A stretch of 56,912 nt of DNA from NCBI GenBank assembly GCA_035638935.1, contig DASQZA010000410.1, positions 1 to 56,912 on the forward strand, read 5' to 3'. The DNA comes from Gemmatimonas sp. (GTDB taxonomy: Bacteria > Gemmatimonadota > Gemmatimonadetes > Gemmatimonadales > Gemmatimonadaceae). Position 1 is the stretch's first letter. The number at the start of each line of letters is the position of its first letter. The translations under genes and the position numbers were made by a program. Below, piece after piece: positions 20,775-32,150 of the stretch. The notes below the pieces were generated by a model, which was given only the letters and a program-made list of their open reading frames with translations, was not told the origin of the DNA and searched no databases.

Positions 20775-22343
20775 TCAGGGAATTCTCGCGACCAGCCGCG
20801 CTGACAGGCCCGGTCCGATCTCGCCCTTGTCCTGCTTCACGACGATGGCGGTGCTCGCAGCCGCGTCGCTCCGGACGATGCGGACGACTGCGATCCGCTC
20901 CTCCACGCCCGTGTTCACGCTGCCCCGGGCACGCACGAGCGCGAATTCATCCCCGCTCTTCACCCCTTTCGTGGTACCGGCGTCCAGCAGCACGTAGCTC
21001 TGCAGCGTCGGAAGGAGTGACTGTCCATCTACCCAGACCACCGATGCGCGCAAGGGCTCGCTCGTTGCGGCGGCGCGCACCAGCGCCGCGGGTTGCCAGC
21101 TGATGGCCAGGACGCGGTGGCCTTGTTCGATGAGCCCGGACTGCGACTTCACACGGGCCACCACAGGCTTCCCGGCGTCCGCGCGTACGACCTGCAGTAC
21201 GCCCCCGGGCAGCACGACGCGCATTCCAGTTGGAAGCGCACCGAAGTCCTGCACGGCGATGACACGGTCTCCGACCGACAGCGTGGTGCCGACTGGCGGA
21301 GTGATCTCGACCTCATCGGCAATCAGCACGCGCTGCGCGCCTTCGATCGAACCGACGGCTGCTGACCCGACGCGCCGCACGATGCGCCCACCGCGGTTGA
21401 ACCCGTCGACGGAGAGCGTGAACGGCGCTGCGTCATACTCGCCGCGGCGAGGCGCGGCAGCCTCGCGAGGCATGGCCGCGTGTGCAGCCGCACGTGCTTC
21501 TTCCACCGTCGGCACTTCACGGAGGAAAATCGTCGGCGCATCCTTCGCCCGAGCCGCGCGAAGCGCGTTACCATCGGTCAGCCCGATGCGGATCGCACCA
21601 CGATCGATGGGCGTCTCGGTCTTCATGGTCGTATTCAGCGCGACTCGCGTGGACGCAGAGAGTGCCGTCGGGCTCGAATCCGGTTGCGCCGTTGCACCTG
21701 TGCTCGCGGCGATCGCGGTGACAGCGGCTGGCTTTGTCGATCCCGCTGCTCGCGATTCCGCTTTGGACGTCGAGGCCGACGTTGACCCCGCCCGTCCGCT
21801 GCCGACGTTTGCGGCGCGCGACGCGGACCGCGGGGTTACGGCGGGCGCGTCGCTCTTGCCAGCAGTCTGAGACGCCAACGACGGCGTACTCTTGCCGGAT
21901 GCTTGTGGCGCCGCCGCGGCCGCGAGCGCTGTCCTGGGTGTATCCGCCGGGGGCTTCGCTGCTGCAACGCCTGTAGCGCTGCTCGGCTTTGCGGAAGGCA
22001 CCTGCAGCCGCATGCCCACAACGACCGGACGGGCGGCACTGGACGAAATGTTGTTGCGCTTCGCGAGCTCGGTCCACGACGATCCGCTGCCGTAGTAGCG
22101 CTCCGCGATGCTCCAGAGCGATTCCCCGGCCCGCACGATGTGTGTCGTCGACGCCGTTGCCGACCCTTGTGACGCGCCGGCCGCCGCGGCCTGCGCGCGC
22201 ACGATGGCAGGCCGCCAAAGCGCGAGCAGGACCAACGTGGCAAACACTGCCATCAGGAGCCGCGGCAGTTGTTCGCTGGCCGCATGCTCGCGCGCCGGCA
22301 GCGTGGCAGTGTGCGTCGGGTGCGGCCGAATTGCAGCGCGCAT
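20775..22343 (-). CDS. Secreted LysM peptidoglycan-binding protein with C-terminal beta domain (FlgT_C/TsaP-like)
   Basis: Signal-like segment, LysM 'HIVRAGESLWSIAERYYGSG..WTELAKRNNI..GMRLQVP', Ala/Ser/Pro linker, C-terminal 'VLLDAGTTKGVKSGDEF'. Start uncertain. Confidence 0.75.
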   Translation of the reverse strand: MRAAIRPHPTHTATLPAREHAASEQLPRLLMAVFATLVLLALWRPAIVRAQAAAAGASQGSATASTTHIVRAGESLWSIAERYYGSGSSWTELAKRNNISSSAARPVVVGMRLQVPSAKPSSATGVAAAKPPADTPRTALAAAAAPQASGKSTPSLASQTAGKSDAPAVTPRSASRAANVGSGRAGSTSASTSKAESRAAGSTKPAAVTAIAASTGATAQPDSSPTALSASTRVALNTTMKTETPIDRGAIRIGLTDGNALRAARAKDAPTIFLREVPTVEEARAAAHAAMPREAAAPRRGEYDAAPFTLSVDGFNRGGRIVRRVGSAAVGSIEGAQRVLIADEVEITPPVGTTLSVGDRVIAVQDFGALPTGMRVVLPGGVLQVVRADAGKPVVARVKSQSGLIEQGHRVLAISWQPAALVRAAATSEPLRASVVWVDGQSLLPTLQSYVLLDAGTTKGVKSGDEFALVRARGSVNTGVEERIAVVRIVRSDAAASTAIVVKQDKGEIGPGLSARLVARIP

Positions 22344-22541
22344 CGGTGAGCCTCAGAGTTGAATGAGCTGGTCGCGCCCGCCGAGCGGGTGCGGGCGAAC
22401 GTGGAGCGTTGGAGTGCTTGGGGTACACGGAGAGACGCGCACGCCGATCGACCTGTAACCTCGGTACTGTCACGGCGCCGGGCGTCACCGTTTCATTGCG
22501 CCCTGTACCGCTGCGTCGCCGACCATTGTACACCTGCAACG

Positions 22542-22577
22542 ACAAAGCGCCCCGGCCAAGCGGCCGGGGCGCTTTGT
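22542..22577. terminator. Intrinsic terminator after ssb
   Basis: Perfect 16-bp inverted repeat ACAAAGCGCCCCGGCC-aagc-GGCCGGGGCGCTTTGT, 17 bp beyond the ssb stop. Confidence 0.8.
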
Positions 22578-22594
22578 GCGCCCACCCTGCGGAA

Positions 22595-23104
22595 TCAGAA
22601 CGGCAGGTCGTCGTCTTCATCCTCGAGTGCACCCGGGAAGTCGCTGAAATCGTCACCGCCGGCCGCAGGGGCCGCGGCGGCCTTGCCACGTGCTGGCGCT
22701 GCGTTGCGACGGGGGGCGCCACCGCCCTCCGAATCGTCACTACCACCGCCGCCGCCCGCGCGACCACCAAGCAGCATGAGTTCACGAACCTTGATCTCCG
22801 TGGTGTAGCGCGTCTGGCCTTCCTTGTCCTGCCACTGGCGGTACTCGATCTCACCTTCGACGTAGACGCGCTCTCCCTTCTTGACGTACTTCTCCACCAC
22901 GTCGGCGAGCGATCCGGCCTTGTTGCCCCAGACGATGCACTTGTGCCACTCCGTCTTCTCCTGCTTCGCGCCGCTCGCATCGTTCCATGTGCGCCCGGTC
23001 GCGAGCGAGAACGACGCGACCTTGCTGCCGTTGCCGACGGTGCGGAGCTCGGGATCGCTCCCGACGTTGCCGATAAGAATGGCCTTGTTCAAGCTGCGAC
23101 TCAC
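22595..23104 (-). CDS. ssb: Single-stranded DNA-binding protein
   Basis: 'SLNKAILIGNVGSDPELR', 'KTEWH', 'YVEG', acidic tail 'DDDLPF'. GTG start with GAGGAGG RBS. Confidence 0.97.
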   Translation of the reverse strand: MSRSLNKAILIGNVGSDPELRTVGNGSKVASFSLATGRTWNDASGAKQEKTEWHKCIVWGNKAGSLADVVEKYVKKGERVYVEGEIEYRQWQDKEGQTRYTTEIKVRELMLLGGRAGGGGGSDDSEGGGAPRRNAAPARGKAAAAPAAGGDDFSDFPGALEDEDDDLPF

Positions 23105-23224
23105 GGGTGCCTCCTCGCTGAGCGAAGGTGATTGGTGTGCGGACAAGCTAGAAGCGGTTGCGGCGGGCACGTCACCCGACCATCGCAGCGCGGAAAGTTC
23201 GAACGCATCATAAGCATGCAGACC

Positions 23225-23722
23225 CTACTGGGATACCGGTTCGGTGCGACGCAACACCAGGGCGTCTTCGAGCGGATTGCGGTAATACGCCCGACGACGT
23301 CCAACCGCCAGGAAACCCCGTGATGCGTACAGGTCGCGCGCCGCATGGTTGGACGTGCGCACTTCCAGATACACCGAACGGATGCCGACGTGCTCGGCGG
23401 ATCGCAACGCATTGTCGAGCAATCGTGCGCCCACGCCCTGCCCCCGACGCGATGGCACGACGGCGATGTTGGCGATCTCACCTTCGTCAGCCGCTGCGAG
23501 CAGGACACAGTAGCCCACCGGTTCGTTCGTTGCATCGACGGCGACCGTGATCATCGCGTGCGATGCTTCGAGCAATCCCGAGAACGCGGACGCAGGCCAG
23601 GGATCGCTGAATGCGACGGCTTCGATGCGCGCCATCGCGGCGACGTCGGCCTCGCACGCGTCCCGGAGCGAGAGTGCTTCCGCTCCCTCGAATGCATCAG
23701 ACGGCCGGCAGCGCGTGGCCAT
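23225..23722 (-). CDS. rimI: Ribosomal-protein-alanine N-acetyltransferase
   Basis: 'IEAVAFSDPW', 'EGEIANIAV.PSRRGQGVG', 'LEVRTSNHAA..LY..GF..VGRRRAYY..EDAL'. Start approximate. Confidence 0.88.
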   Translation of the reverse strand: MATRCRPSDAFEGAEALSLRDACEADVAAMARIEAVAFSDPWPASAFSGLLEASHAMITVAVDATNEPVGYCVLLAAADEGEIANIAVVPSRRGQGVGARLLDNALRSAEHVGIRSVYLEVRTSNHAARDLYASRGFLAVGRRRAYYRNPLEDALVLRRTEPVSQ

Positions 23723-24413
23723 GCGTCCGCTCCCACACAACCTGCGCTTCGGCGAGGCGCCCGTAGACCGGCTCCCATGCGCCGAGGGACGCTGCCGCCA
23801 ACTCTTCCCAGCTCGCAACGCCCACGATTGCTCCTGCGGCAGGAAGCACGACCGCCGCCTCGCGTTCCTGTACCGGCGACGAGGTGACGGCGACGCGCGC
23901 TGCACCACGGCAATACGCTTCCAGATCATCGCACGCTACACGGTCCACAGGACCGTCGGGCCGCACCATGCGTGCCGCGTCGATGTGCACACGCTGTGCA
24001 TAGCGCTCCCCGCGCAGTGCATCGGAGTGCACCACCATTTCCGTCACATCGCTCGGCATACGCTCGACGGCGGATGCTGCTGAGAGCAGCAACGACGACA
24101 CCCCAGCCAGCATCGCTCCGGTGCCGTGCACGAGACCCTTCGCCAGCGCAGCGGCGATGCGCAGCGACGTAAAGCTTCCGGGGCCCGCACCGCAGACGAC
24201 ACGCGTCAGATCCGATGGCTCGAGCGCGCACTCCACGAGCAAGGCCTGAATAGCCGGAAACAGCCCATCGTCGCGCGACGCGCCCATGGCGACTGTGTTG
24301 CTCCCCACACAGCGACCGAAGCGCACGACCGCAAGCGAACCGAGGGAGGTCGATGCTTCAATCACGAGTGTCACGTCGTCTGTTGACGGACGGTCGAACA
24401 CCACGGTGGTCAT
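23697..24413 (-). CDS. tsaB: tRNA threonylcarbamoyladenosine biosynthesis protein TsaB
   Basis: 'LVIEAST', 'GAGPGSFTSLRIA', 'DALRGE', 'PVYGR.AEA'. ATGA overlap with tsaE. Confidence 0.88.
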   Translation of the reverse strand: MTTVVFDRPSTDDVTLVIEASTSLGSLAVVRFGRCVGSNTVAMGASRDDGLFPAIQALLVECALEPSDLTRVVCGAGPGSFTSLRIAAALAKGLVHGTGAMLAGVSSLLLSAASAVERMPSDVTEMVVHSDALRGERYAQRVHIDAARMVRPDGPVDRVACDDLEAYCRGAARVAVTSSPVQEREAAVVLPAAGAIVGVASWEELAAASLGAWEPVYGRLAEAQVVWERTHGHALPAV

Positions 24414-24904
24414 CGCGGCGCCGCCACGACGCGCAACATGCGTCGGTCGGGATTGCTGCTGTCGTGCGAGAGCATGATGCAAATCGTGTCTCGCGGCAGC
24501 GAAGCCGCCGCGCGTTGCGGCCACTCGACCAGAAGCAGCGACGCGTTGTCCACGATCTCATCCCATCCCAGCGCGTCGAGCTCGGCAACGCTGCGCAGGC
24601 GGTACAGGTCGACGTGCACGACGGGCCCACGCGGCGCGTCGTACTGCTGCACCAGCGAGAAAGTAGGACTCGTCACCGCCGACAGATCGCGGACCCCCGC
24701 GCCTGCGCAGATCGCGCGCGCCAGCGCCGTCTTGCCGGCGCCAAGTTCCCCCTCCAGTGCAACGACGGCCGGACGCGGGAGGGCCGCACCCAGCAGGCGG
24801 CCCCACGCATCGAGCGAATCGCGGTCAGGCGAGCGCGGTGCCCCTCGGCCAAGGAGATGCCCGAGTGACGTCTCGTCGCTGCCACCGGCGGCTCTAGCGT
24901 CCAC
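24410..24904 (-). CDS. tsaE: tRNA t6A biosynthesis ATPase TsaE
   Basis: Walker A '[10 protein letters not shown]', '[12 protein letters not shown]', 'HVDLYRL', 'LVEWP'. Confidence 0.92.
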   Translation of the reverse strand: MDARAAGGSDETSLGHLLGRGAPRSPDRDSLDAWGRLLGAALPRPAVVALEGELGAGKTALARAICAGAGVRDLSAVTSPTFSLVQQYDAPRGPVVHVDLYRLRSVAELDALGWDEIVDNASLLLVEWPQRAAASLPRDTICIMLSHDSSNPDRRMLRVVAAPR

Positions 24905-26996
24905 GTTTGCCACCCGCGCGACGCATGGGTGCGCTGCCCGGCGGCCGCTTTGGCGCGGTCTCGCTCCCGCGTGCCTGCGACGGCTTGTCGCCCAATGCGG
25001 TGCGCACTTCGAACAGCTGGTCACGCAACCGCGCCGCCGCTTCGAAATCGAGCGCCACCGCGGCCTCCCGCATCGCGATCTCGAGCTCGCCCACGAGTGC
25101 CGTGAGCTCCTCGCGCGAGCGCGGCGCCGCTTCACCACCGATCTTTCTCGTCGCCGGCGCTTCGCCCGGACTCTTCTCCACCCGCGCATCCGCAACGCGG
25201 GTTATGAACCGCACCTCGTCGATGCTCTTCTGCACGCCATGGGGCGTGATGCCGTGCGCCATGTTGTGCTCGTGCTGGATGGCACGACGACGATCGGTTT
25301 CGTCGATTGCGCGCTGCATCGAACCGGTGATGCGGTCGGCGTACAGGATCGCCATGCCATTCATGTGGCGGGCAGCGCGTCCGATGGTCTGGATCAGTGA
25401 CCGGTCACTGCGCAGAAATCCTTCCTGATCCGCATCGAGGATCGCCACGAGCGACACCTCCGGCATGTCGAGACCCTCGCGCAACAGGTTGATGCCGACC
25501 AGCACGTCGAATTCGCCGAGTCGCAGCCCGCGTACGATCTCGACACGCTCGATCGCGTCGATATCGGAGTGCATGTAACGCACGCGGACACCCATCTGCT
25601 GCAGGTAGTCGGTGAGATCTTCCGACATGCGCTTCGTGAGCGTCGTGACGAGCACGCGCTCCCCTTTGCGTTCGCGCAACCGGATCTCGTGCAGCAGGTC
25701 GTCGACCTGGCCTTTGACCGGTCTGATCTCCAGCACCGGATCGAGGAGCCCCGTCGGACGAATCACCTGCTCCACCACGACTCCCTCGGAGAGTTGCAAT
25801 TCGAGCTCACCAGGCGTCGCGGACACGTTGATCAGGCGCGGCACGAGGCTCATGAACTCGTCGAACACCAATGGCCGGTTGTCGAGTGCGCTCGGCAGTC
25901 GAAAACCGTAATCGACGAGCGTGAGCTTGCGCGCGCGGTCGCCATTGTACATCCCGCGGATCTGCGGCAGCGTTACATGGGACTCGTCGGCGACGACGAG
26001 ATAATCGTCCGGGAAGTAGTCGAGCAGACACGCGGGCCGCTCGCCGGCAACTCGACCGCTGATGTGCCGGGAGTAGTTCTCGATGCCGGCGCACGTGCCG
26101 ATCTCCGCGAGCATTTCGAGATCGAACTGTGTCCGCTGTTCGAGTCGCTGTGCCTCCAGCAGCTTGCCGGTCTCACGAAGCTCGGTCAGACGCAACATCA
26201 GCTCGTCACGGATCGCCACCGATGCACGCTCGATGGTGGGCCGGTTCGTGATGAAATGCTTGGCCGGGTACACGGCCGTTCGCTGCAACGCTGCAATCGT
26301 TTCCCCGGTGAGGGGATCGATCTTGGAGATGCGCTCGATCTCGTCTCCCCACAGCTCCAGCCGCACCGCCTGCTCCTCGTACGCCGGGTAGATCTCCACC
26401 GTGTCGCCGCGCACGCGAAACGTGCCCCGATCGAACGCGACGTCGTTCCGGTTGTACTGAATGCCCACGAGCGCGCGCAGGATGTCATCACGCGCGATCT
26501 GCTGTCCGGCCGCCAGCGACACCATGCGCTCGCGATACGAGACCGGGTCACCAAGGCCGTAGATCGCGGACACCGTAGACACGATCACCACGTCGTCACG
26601 TTCCATCAGCGACGACGTGGCGCGAAGCCGCAGCCGGTCGATGTCCTCGTTGATCGACGCGTCCTTCTCGATGAACGTGTCGCTGGAGGGGACGTATGCC
26701 TCCGGCTGGTAGTAGTCGTAGTACGAGATGAAGTACTCGACCGCGTTGTTCGGGAAGAAGCTCTTGAGTTCTCCGTACAACTGCGCCGCCAGTGTCTTGT
26801 TGTGCGACAAGACCAGGGTCGGCTTCCCCCAGTGCTCGATGACATTGGCGATCGTCATCGTCTTGCCAGACCCGGTGACCCCCAGCAACGTCTGGATGCG
26901 GTCACCGCGCGCGAGCCCCGCGTTCAACTCCTGAATCGCGCGTGGCTGATCGCCGGCGGGCGAAAATGGAGCCTGAAGGCGGAAGGGGGCGGACAT
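24894..26996 (-). CDS. uvrB: Excinuclease ABC subunit B
   Basis: 'GDQP', 'GVTGSGKT', '[10 protein letters not shown]', '[10 protein letters not shown]', 'DESH', 'INLLREGLD', C-terminal UVR '[11 protein letters not shown]'. Confidence 0.98.
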   Translation of the reverse strand: MSAPFRLQAPFSPAGDQPRAIQELNAGLARGDRIQTLLGVTGSGKTMTIANVIEHWGKPTLVLSHNKTLAAQLYGELKSFFPNNAVEYFISYYDYYQPEAYVPSSDTFIEKDASINEDIDRLRLRATSSLMERDDVVIVSTVSAIYGLGDPVSYRERMVSLAAGQQIARDDILRALVGIQYNRNDVAFDRGTFRVRGDTVEIYPAYEEQAVRLELWGDEIERISKIDPLTGETIAALQRTAVYPAKHFITNRPTIERASVAIRDELMLRLTELRETGKLLEAQRLEQRTQFDLEMLAEIGTCAGIENYSRHISGRVAGERPACLLDYFPDDYLVVADESHVTLPQIRGMYNGDRARKLTLVDYGFRLPSALDNRPLVFDEFMSLVPRLINVSATPGELELQLSEGVVVEQVIRPTGLLDPVLEIRPVKGQVDDLLHEIRLRERKGERVLVTTLTKRMSEDLTDYLQQMGVRVRYMHSDIDAIERVEIVRGLRLGEFDVLVGINLLREGLDMPEVSLVAILDADQEGFLRSDRSLIQTIGRAARHMNGMAILYADRITGSMQRAIDETDRRRAIQHEHNMAHGITPHGVQKSIDEVRFITRVADARVEKSPGEAPATRKIGGEAAPRSREELTALVGELEIAMREAAVALDFEAAARLRDQLFEVRTALGDKPSQARGSETAPKRPPGSAPMRRAGGKRGR

Positions 26997-27064
26997 ACCC
27001 GAAATATAGCAGATTCCCGCGACAATATCGGCCTTTCTTCGGGTCGATTCCAAGCCCCGTCGCG

Positions 27065-29242
27065 CTATTCCTCGGTGGTGATTCGCTCCCGGCGGCTCAC
27101 CGCCGCGATCCCCTTGACCCGCCTCGCGGCTTTGATGATGCGCTCCAGGTGCGCCAAGTTCTCGACCTCCACCATCGCGGCACCTGTCACCTTGCCGTCG
27201 GTGGTCTTGAGCTCGAGGCTCTTGATGTCCGTGCCGGTGGCACTGACGGCCGCCGCCACGTCGGCGTAGAGCCCGCGCCGGTCAGTGCCTTCCATCGCCA
27301 GGCGTACCACGAAGCGCTCCCCTGCCATCTCCTGCCAGTCGATGTCGAGCCGGCGCTCCGGTTCGTGCACCAGGAACAGCAGGTTCGGACAGTCGCCGCG
27401 GTGGATGCTGACCCCGCGCCCGCGCGTGACGTATCCGACCACCTTGTCACCCGGGACCGGCTGACAACACTGCGCGTAGCGCACGAGCAGACCATCTGCT
27501 CCCTGAATGCGAACGCCCTTGCCGGTCCCGCGTACCCGGTCCACCAGGCGTTCGAGCGTGCTCGGCTTCTCGACGACGTCGGTTGCGCTTTCGAGCTGCG
27601 GATGCAGTGCCTTGAGCACCTGCATCACATGCACGTCTCCCTGACCGACGGATGCGACGAGATGGTTCGCGTCCTTCAGCTTGAGCAGGCGCGCGATCGG
27701 GAGCAGCGTCGGATCGTCGACCTTGGGTAGTCGACGCCGGCGTAGCTCGCGCTCGAGGATCTCCCGACCCAGTCGCATGGCCGACGATCGTTCCTCGAGT
27801 CGCAGATGCTGACGGATCTTGTGTCGGGCGCGCCCCGTACGCACATGCGCGAGCCAATCACGGCTCGGCTTCGCGTTCGGATTGGTGAGGATCTCCACCG
27901 TCTCCGAGTTCTTGAGCTCTCGCGAGAGCGGCGCGATCCGGCCGTTGATCTTCGCACCGGCGCAGTGTGCACCCACCTGCGTATGCACGGCGAACGCGAA
28001 GTCGATCGGCGTCGCGTTCTTCGGCAGCTGGATCACGTCGCCGGTCGGCGTGAACACGAAGATCTCGTCCTGATACAGGTCGAGCTTCAGGAACTCGAGG
28101 AACTCGCCAGGCGTCTCCGCATCGAGCTGCAGCTCGAGTACCTGGCGAAACCACGCGAGATGCTTGTCGAGTTCGTCAGCCCCCTTGGCACTCTCCTTGT
28201 AGAGCCAGTGCGCCGCGATGCCATGATCGGCGGTGCGATGCATGTCGCGCGTGCGGATCTGGATCTCGAACAGCTGTCGCCCAGGCCCGAACACCGTCGT
28301 GTGCAGCGACTGATACCCATTCGACTTGGGCTGCGCGACGTAGTCCTTGATGCGCTCCTGCACTGGGGTCCACCCATCGTGGATGACGCCCAGCGCATGA
28401 TAGCACTCCAGCACATTCGGCACGACCACGCGAATCGCGAGCAGGTCGTAGATGTCCTCGTAGGGCCGGTCACGCTGCTGCATCTTCTTGTAGATCGACC
28501 ACAGATGCTTCGGACGTCCGGTGACCTCGACGCCGGCAATGCCTGCGTCGGCAAGCCGCTTCTCGAGCGGGTCCTTCATCTGCGCGATCAGACTCTCGCG
28601 TTCACCGCGCTTCGCGGCAACGAGCTTCGCGAGCGTCTTGTACGCCTCGGGTTCCAGGTGCTTGAACGCGAGATCCTCGAGCTCCCACCGCACCTTCGCC
28701 ATACCGAAGCGGTGCGCGAGCGGCGCATACAGGTCGCGTGTTTCCTGGGCGATGCGACGACGCTTCTCCGGCGTCAGCCAGTCGAGGGTCCGCATGTTGT
28801 GCAGCCGATCGGCGAGCTTGATCAGGATGACGCGCGCATCCTTGGCGATCGACAGCAGCAGCTTGCGGTAATTCTCGACCTGCCGCTCCTCGCGAGACGA
28901 GAGCGGGAGGTTCGCGATCTTCGTGAGCCCATCGACGATCTGCGCGACCTCCTTTCCGAACTCGCGCTCGACATCGTCGATGGTGATGTCCGTGTCCTCG
29001 ACGATATCGTGCAACAAGCCGCACGCGACCGTCGTCGTGTCGAGCTGCAGATCGGCGAGAATGCGAGCGACTTCCACGCAATGCGACACGTATGGTTCAC
29101 CCGAGTGGCGCACTTGTCCCGCGTGCGCAACGTCGGAAAACCGATAGGCGCGCACGAGCACGTCGTGGTCGAGCCGATCGTAGGCGCCCTCGGCGCCGGG
29201 CCCGAACCCCGGAATGACCTCGTGCAGCGCGATCGTCGTCAC
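27065..29242 (-). CDS. rel: Bifunctional (p)ppGpp synthetase/hydrolase (long RSH)
   Basis: Intact HD 'LLHDIVEDT', '[12 protein letters not shown]', '[19 protein letters not shown]', 'EIQIRT', TGS, ZFD ('[13 protein letters not shown]') and ACT domains. Confidence 0.96.
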   Translation of the reverse strand: MTTIALHEVIPGFGPGAEGAYDRLDHDVLVRAYRFSDVAHAGQVRHSGEPYVSHCVEVARILADLQLDTTTVACGLLHDIVEDTDITIDDVEREFGKEVAQIVDGLTKIANLPLSSREERQVENYRKLLLSIAKDARVILIKLADRLHNMRTLDWLTPEKRRRIAQETRDLYAPLAHRFGMAKVRWELEDLAFKHLEPEAYKTLAKLVAAKRGERESLIAQMKDPLEKRLADAGIAGVEVTGRPKHLWSIYKKMQQRDRPYEDIYDLLAIRVVVPNVLECYHALGVIHDGWTPVQERIKDYVAQPKSNGYQSLHTTVFGPGRQLFEIQIRTRDMHRTADHGIAAHWLYKESAKGADELDKHLAWFRQVLELQLDAETPGEFLEFLKLDLYQDEIFVFTPTGDVIQLPKNATPIDFAFAVHTQVGAHCAGAKINGRIAPLSRELKNSETVEILTNPNAKPSRDWLAHVRTGRARHKIRQHLRLEERSSAMRLGREILERELRRRRLPKVDDPTLLPIARLLKLKDANHLVASVGQGDVHVMQVLKALHPQLESATDVVEKPSTLERLVDRVRGTGKGVRIQGADGLLVRYAQCCQPVPGDKVVGYVTRGRGVSIHRGDCPNLLFLVHEPERRLDIDWQEMAGERFVVRLAMEGTDRRGLYADVAAAVSATGTDIKSLELKTTDGKVTGAAMVEVENLAHLERIIKAARRVKGIAAVSRRERITTEE

Positions 29243-29952
29243 AGCAGTCCTGCCTCCGCAAAGCTCACGTAACGTCCCCTCCCCACGATGATGTGGTCGT
29301 GCACCGGGATATCCAAGAGACGTCCTGCAGCGACGAGTTGTTCCGTTACGGCCCGGTCCTCGGCCGACGGGGTCGGATCGCCGCTCGGATGATTATGCAC
29401 CAGGATCACTGCCGCGGCTCGCTCGGCGATCGCCTCGCGAAACACCTCGCGCGGGTGCACCAGAGAGGAGTTGAGCAACCCCCGCGTGATCAGCACGTCC
29501 CGTTCTAGCCGGTGCTGCGCATCCAGTATGGCGACGTGAAACTCCTCGACCGGAAGATCCTGCAACCTCGGGGAAAACGCCGCCGCGACATCCCGCGGCC
29601 CGCGTAGTGGCACGCCGGCCTCCCTTGCCTCCGCTGCCATGCGACGCCCGATCTCGAGTGCCGCATGCACCGCCGATGCTCTTGCGCTCCCAACGCCCGG
29701 GACTCGCGTCAGCGCTGCCAATGGCGCTCCCGCCAGCCGGCCGAGCGACCCGCCGGCGCTTTCGAGAATGGCCCGTGCGCATTCGAGCGAGGACAACCCC
29801 GCACCGCCGGTGCCCAGTACCACCGCCATCAACTCCGTCGTGCTGAGCGCAGCCGTACCCAACGTCCGCATCCGTTCGCGCGGGCGTTCCGTGGACGGCA
29901 GCTCCCGGATAGTAAGTGCGCGAACCGCAGACCCGCCAGCTGAGTCGGTCAC
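29239..29952 (-). CDS. radC: RadC family JAB-domain protein
   Basis: 'LP..ERPRER', HhH 'VPGVGSA', 'VHPREVF', 'HNHPSGDPTPSAED', 'DHIIVG'. Start uncertain. Confidence 0.92.
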   Translation of the reverse strand: MTDSAGGSAVRALTIRELPSTERPRERMRTLGTAALSTTELMAVVLGTGGAGLSSLECARAILESAGGSLGRLAGAPLAALTRVPGVGSARASAVHAALEIGRRMAAEAREAGVPLRGPRDVAAAFSPRLQDLPVEEFHVAILDAQHRLERDVLITRGLLNSSLVHPREVFREAIAERAAAVILVHNHPSGDPTPSAEDRAVTEQLVAAGRLLDIPVHDHIIVGRGRYVSFAEAGLL

Positions 29953-30132
29953 AAAGATGCTCCCGCGACCTGACGTCGCCGTAATGCCGACAACTGTGCT
30001 CCGAGTGAGCACCGCCCCGGCGCGATGCAACGTGGAAGAGCGTCGCGTCTCCGTCGTCATCCAGCGAACGCACCAGGTGCGCGATTCCGGCAGAGCGCTG
30101 ATATCATGCGACTTCTTCAACCCTGATCACGA

Positions 30133-31659
30133 ATGCCTTCCAACCGCGCATCGGTTACCCCGACGGAACACACGTTCGACCCTGCCTCCCCCGCCGAGTG
30201 GGGGACTCTGGCTTCGCTTGGACACCGCATGCTTGACGATATGCTCGCGGCACAGCGGGGATTGCCCGACGCGCGGGCGTGGACGGAAATGCCGGACGAG
30301 ACGCGTGCCGCCATGAGCGAGCCCGTGCCCTACGAGGGCATCGGTGCGGAGGCGGCGTACCAGGCGTTTCTGTCGCACGTGCTGCCCTATCCCAACGGGA
30401 GCTGGCACCCGCGGTTCTTTGGATGGGTGCAGGGGAACGGGACGCCGCTCGCGATGCTCGCCGACATGCTGTCGTCGGGTCTGAATGCCCATCTGGGCGG
30501 GTTTAATCAGGCGCCAGCCGTGGTGGAACGACAGACGGTGTCGTGGCTCGCCGACATGCTGGGAATGCCGGGTGCTACCGGACTCTTCGTTACGGGTGGC
30601 ACGATGGCGAACACGCTCGGACTCGCGGTCGGGCGCTTCGCTGCGGCACGCGCGTTGGGGCGTGATGCACGGCGCGACGGCGTACAACAGTGGCCCGGCG
30701 AGGACTCACCTGCGCCGATGGTGCTGTATGGCTCTGAGGAAACGCACGGGTGGGCCCGCAAGGCGGTCGAGTTGCTGGGATTGGGAGACCGCGCCTTTCG
30801 TCGGGTGCCGGTCGACGCGGAGCATCGCATCGATGTGGACGCGCTCGAACGGATGATCGTCGACGACCGCGCTGCGGGCTTGCAGCCGTTCTGCATCATC
30901 GGGACGGCGGGCACGGTGAACATCGGCGCAACGGACGATCTCGCATCGTTGGCCGCATTGGCGAAACGCGAGCGATTGTGGTTCCACGTCGACGGCGCGT
31001 TCGGGGCACTGGCGTACCTGAGCGAAGCACTCCGTCCACGCGTCGCGGGCATGGAACTCGCCGACTCAATCGGGTTCGACCTGCACAAGTGGGGCTCGAT
31101 GCCATTCGATTGCGCGTGTGTGCTGGTGCGCGACGCCGAAGCCCATCATGCGACGTTCCGTACGACGGCGAGCTACCTGACGCCGCTCTCTCGCGGTGTG
31201 AGCGCCATCGACGACACGGGCGGCATGGCCTACTTCGCCGAGCGCGGTATCGACCTCACGCGAAGCTTCAAGGCGCTCAAGGTCTGGATGTCACTCAAGG
31301 CCGACGGGGTGCACAAGCTCGCGGGCATCATCGAACAGAACGTCGCGCAGTGCACGTACCTGGCGGCGCTCGTAGACGCACATCCGGAGCTCGAACGACT
31401 GGCGCCGGTGCCGCTCAACATCGTGAATCTCCGCTACGTCGCCGACGGGCTCGACGAGGCGGCATTGAACGCGCTCAACCAGGAGGTGCTACTGCGATTG
31501 CAGGAGCGCGGGATCGCGGTGCCGTCGAGCACTGTGCTGGGGGGACGGTTCGCGATACGCGTGGCCAACGTAAATCATCGGTCGAAGACGGCCGACTTCG
31601 ACTTTGTGCTTGCGAAGGTCGTTGAATTCGGGCGGGAGGTGTTGGCCGAGAGGACGTAG
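30133..31659 (+). CDS. Group II PLP-dependent amino-acid decarboxylase (aromatic-L-amino-acid/DABA decarboxylase family)
   Basis: 'HPRFFGWV', 'GLFVTGGTMAN', 'GTAGTVNIGATD', 'WFHVDGAFG', PLP lysine in 'DSIGFDLHKW'. Confidence 0.92.
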   Translation: MPSNRASVTPTEHTFDPASPAEWGTLASLGHRMLDDMLAAQRGLPDARAWTEMPDETRAAMSEPVPYEGIGAEAAYQAFLSHVLPYPNGSWHPRFFGWVQGNGTPLAMLADMLSSGLNAHLGGFNQAPAVVERQTVSWLADMLGMPGATGLFVTGGTMANTLGLAVGRFAAARALGRDARRDGVQQWPGEDSPAPMVLYGSEETHGWARKAVELLGLGDRAFRRVPVDAEHRIDVDALERMIVDDRAAGLQPFCIIGTAGTVNIGATDDLASLAALAKRERLWFHVDGAFGALAYLSEALRPRVAGMELADSIGFDLHKWGSMPFDCACVLVRDAEAHHATFRTTASYLTPLSRGVSAIDDTGGMAYFAERGIDLTRSFKALKVWMSLKADGVHKLAGIIEQNVAQCTYLAALVDAHPELERLAPVPLNIVNLRYVADGLDEAALNALNQEVLLRLQERGIAVPSSTVLGGRFAIRVANVNHRSKTADFDFVLAKVVEFGREVLAERT

Positions 31660-31680
31660 ATGCGCAGGGATCGCCAAGAC

Positions 31681-31707
31681 ACGGATTTAGCGGATCTAGA
31701 CTGATTG
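31681..31707. repeat. Left imperfect inverted repeat flanking the GxxExxY gene
   Basis: ACGGATTTAGCGGATCTAGACTGATTG matches the reverse complement of 32151-32178 at 22 of 28 aligned positions (1 gap), counted by hand. Confidence 0.65.
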
Positions 31708-32148
31708 CTCCGAATTTGCTTCAGGCGTGGGTGCGCTTACGGGGGAGATCAAACGTCTGAACTGCGCGGTGGGGCCAAAGTTGAACAGCAGACCAACGCG
31801 TAGCCTTGATATGCGCAAGTAGTTCAGCACTTGCGCATCATGTTGCCGGACGAGCCGTTCGACGGCCTTTGTTTCGACGAGGATAACGTTTTCGACAACG
31901 AGATCAGCCCGATACTCGCCTACGACCTGACGCTCGAACATGACGGTCATCGGAACCTCGCGAGCGAGGCGTAGCCCTCGCATTCCAAGAGCGATGACGA
32001 GTGCCCGTTGATAAACCGACTCGGTGAGCCCCGAACCCAGTGTGTTGTACACACGATAAAACTCACCAATGATCTGATGCGATGTGTCCGAATGTGCCAG
32101 CTCGATGCAACTTCGATGTGCCTCGATTAGTCCTGTCTCACGCACCAT
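31696..32148 (-). CDS. GxxExxY protein (PD-(D/E)XK nuclease-like family)
   Basis: 'IIGEFYRVYNTLGSGLTESVYQRAL', 'YRADLVVENVILVETK', 'HDAQVLNYL', 'GLLFNFG'. Start placed at ATG 32148. Confidence 0.9.
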   Translation of the reverse strand: MVRETGLIEAHRSCIELAHSDTSHQIIGEFYRVYNTLGSGLTESVYQRALVIALGMRGLRLAREVPMTVMFERQVVGEYRADLVVENVILVETKAVERLVRQHDAQVLNYLRISRLRVGLLFNFGPTAQFRRLISPVSAPTPEANSEQSV

Positions 32149-32150
32149 TC

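Noticed and set aside
29239-29952. radC as a mobile-element or anti-defence marker
   Set aside because: Full-length chromosomal form with an N-terminal HhH region, coupled to rel by a GTGA overlap.
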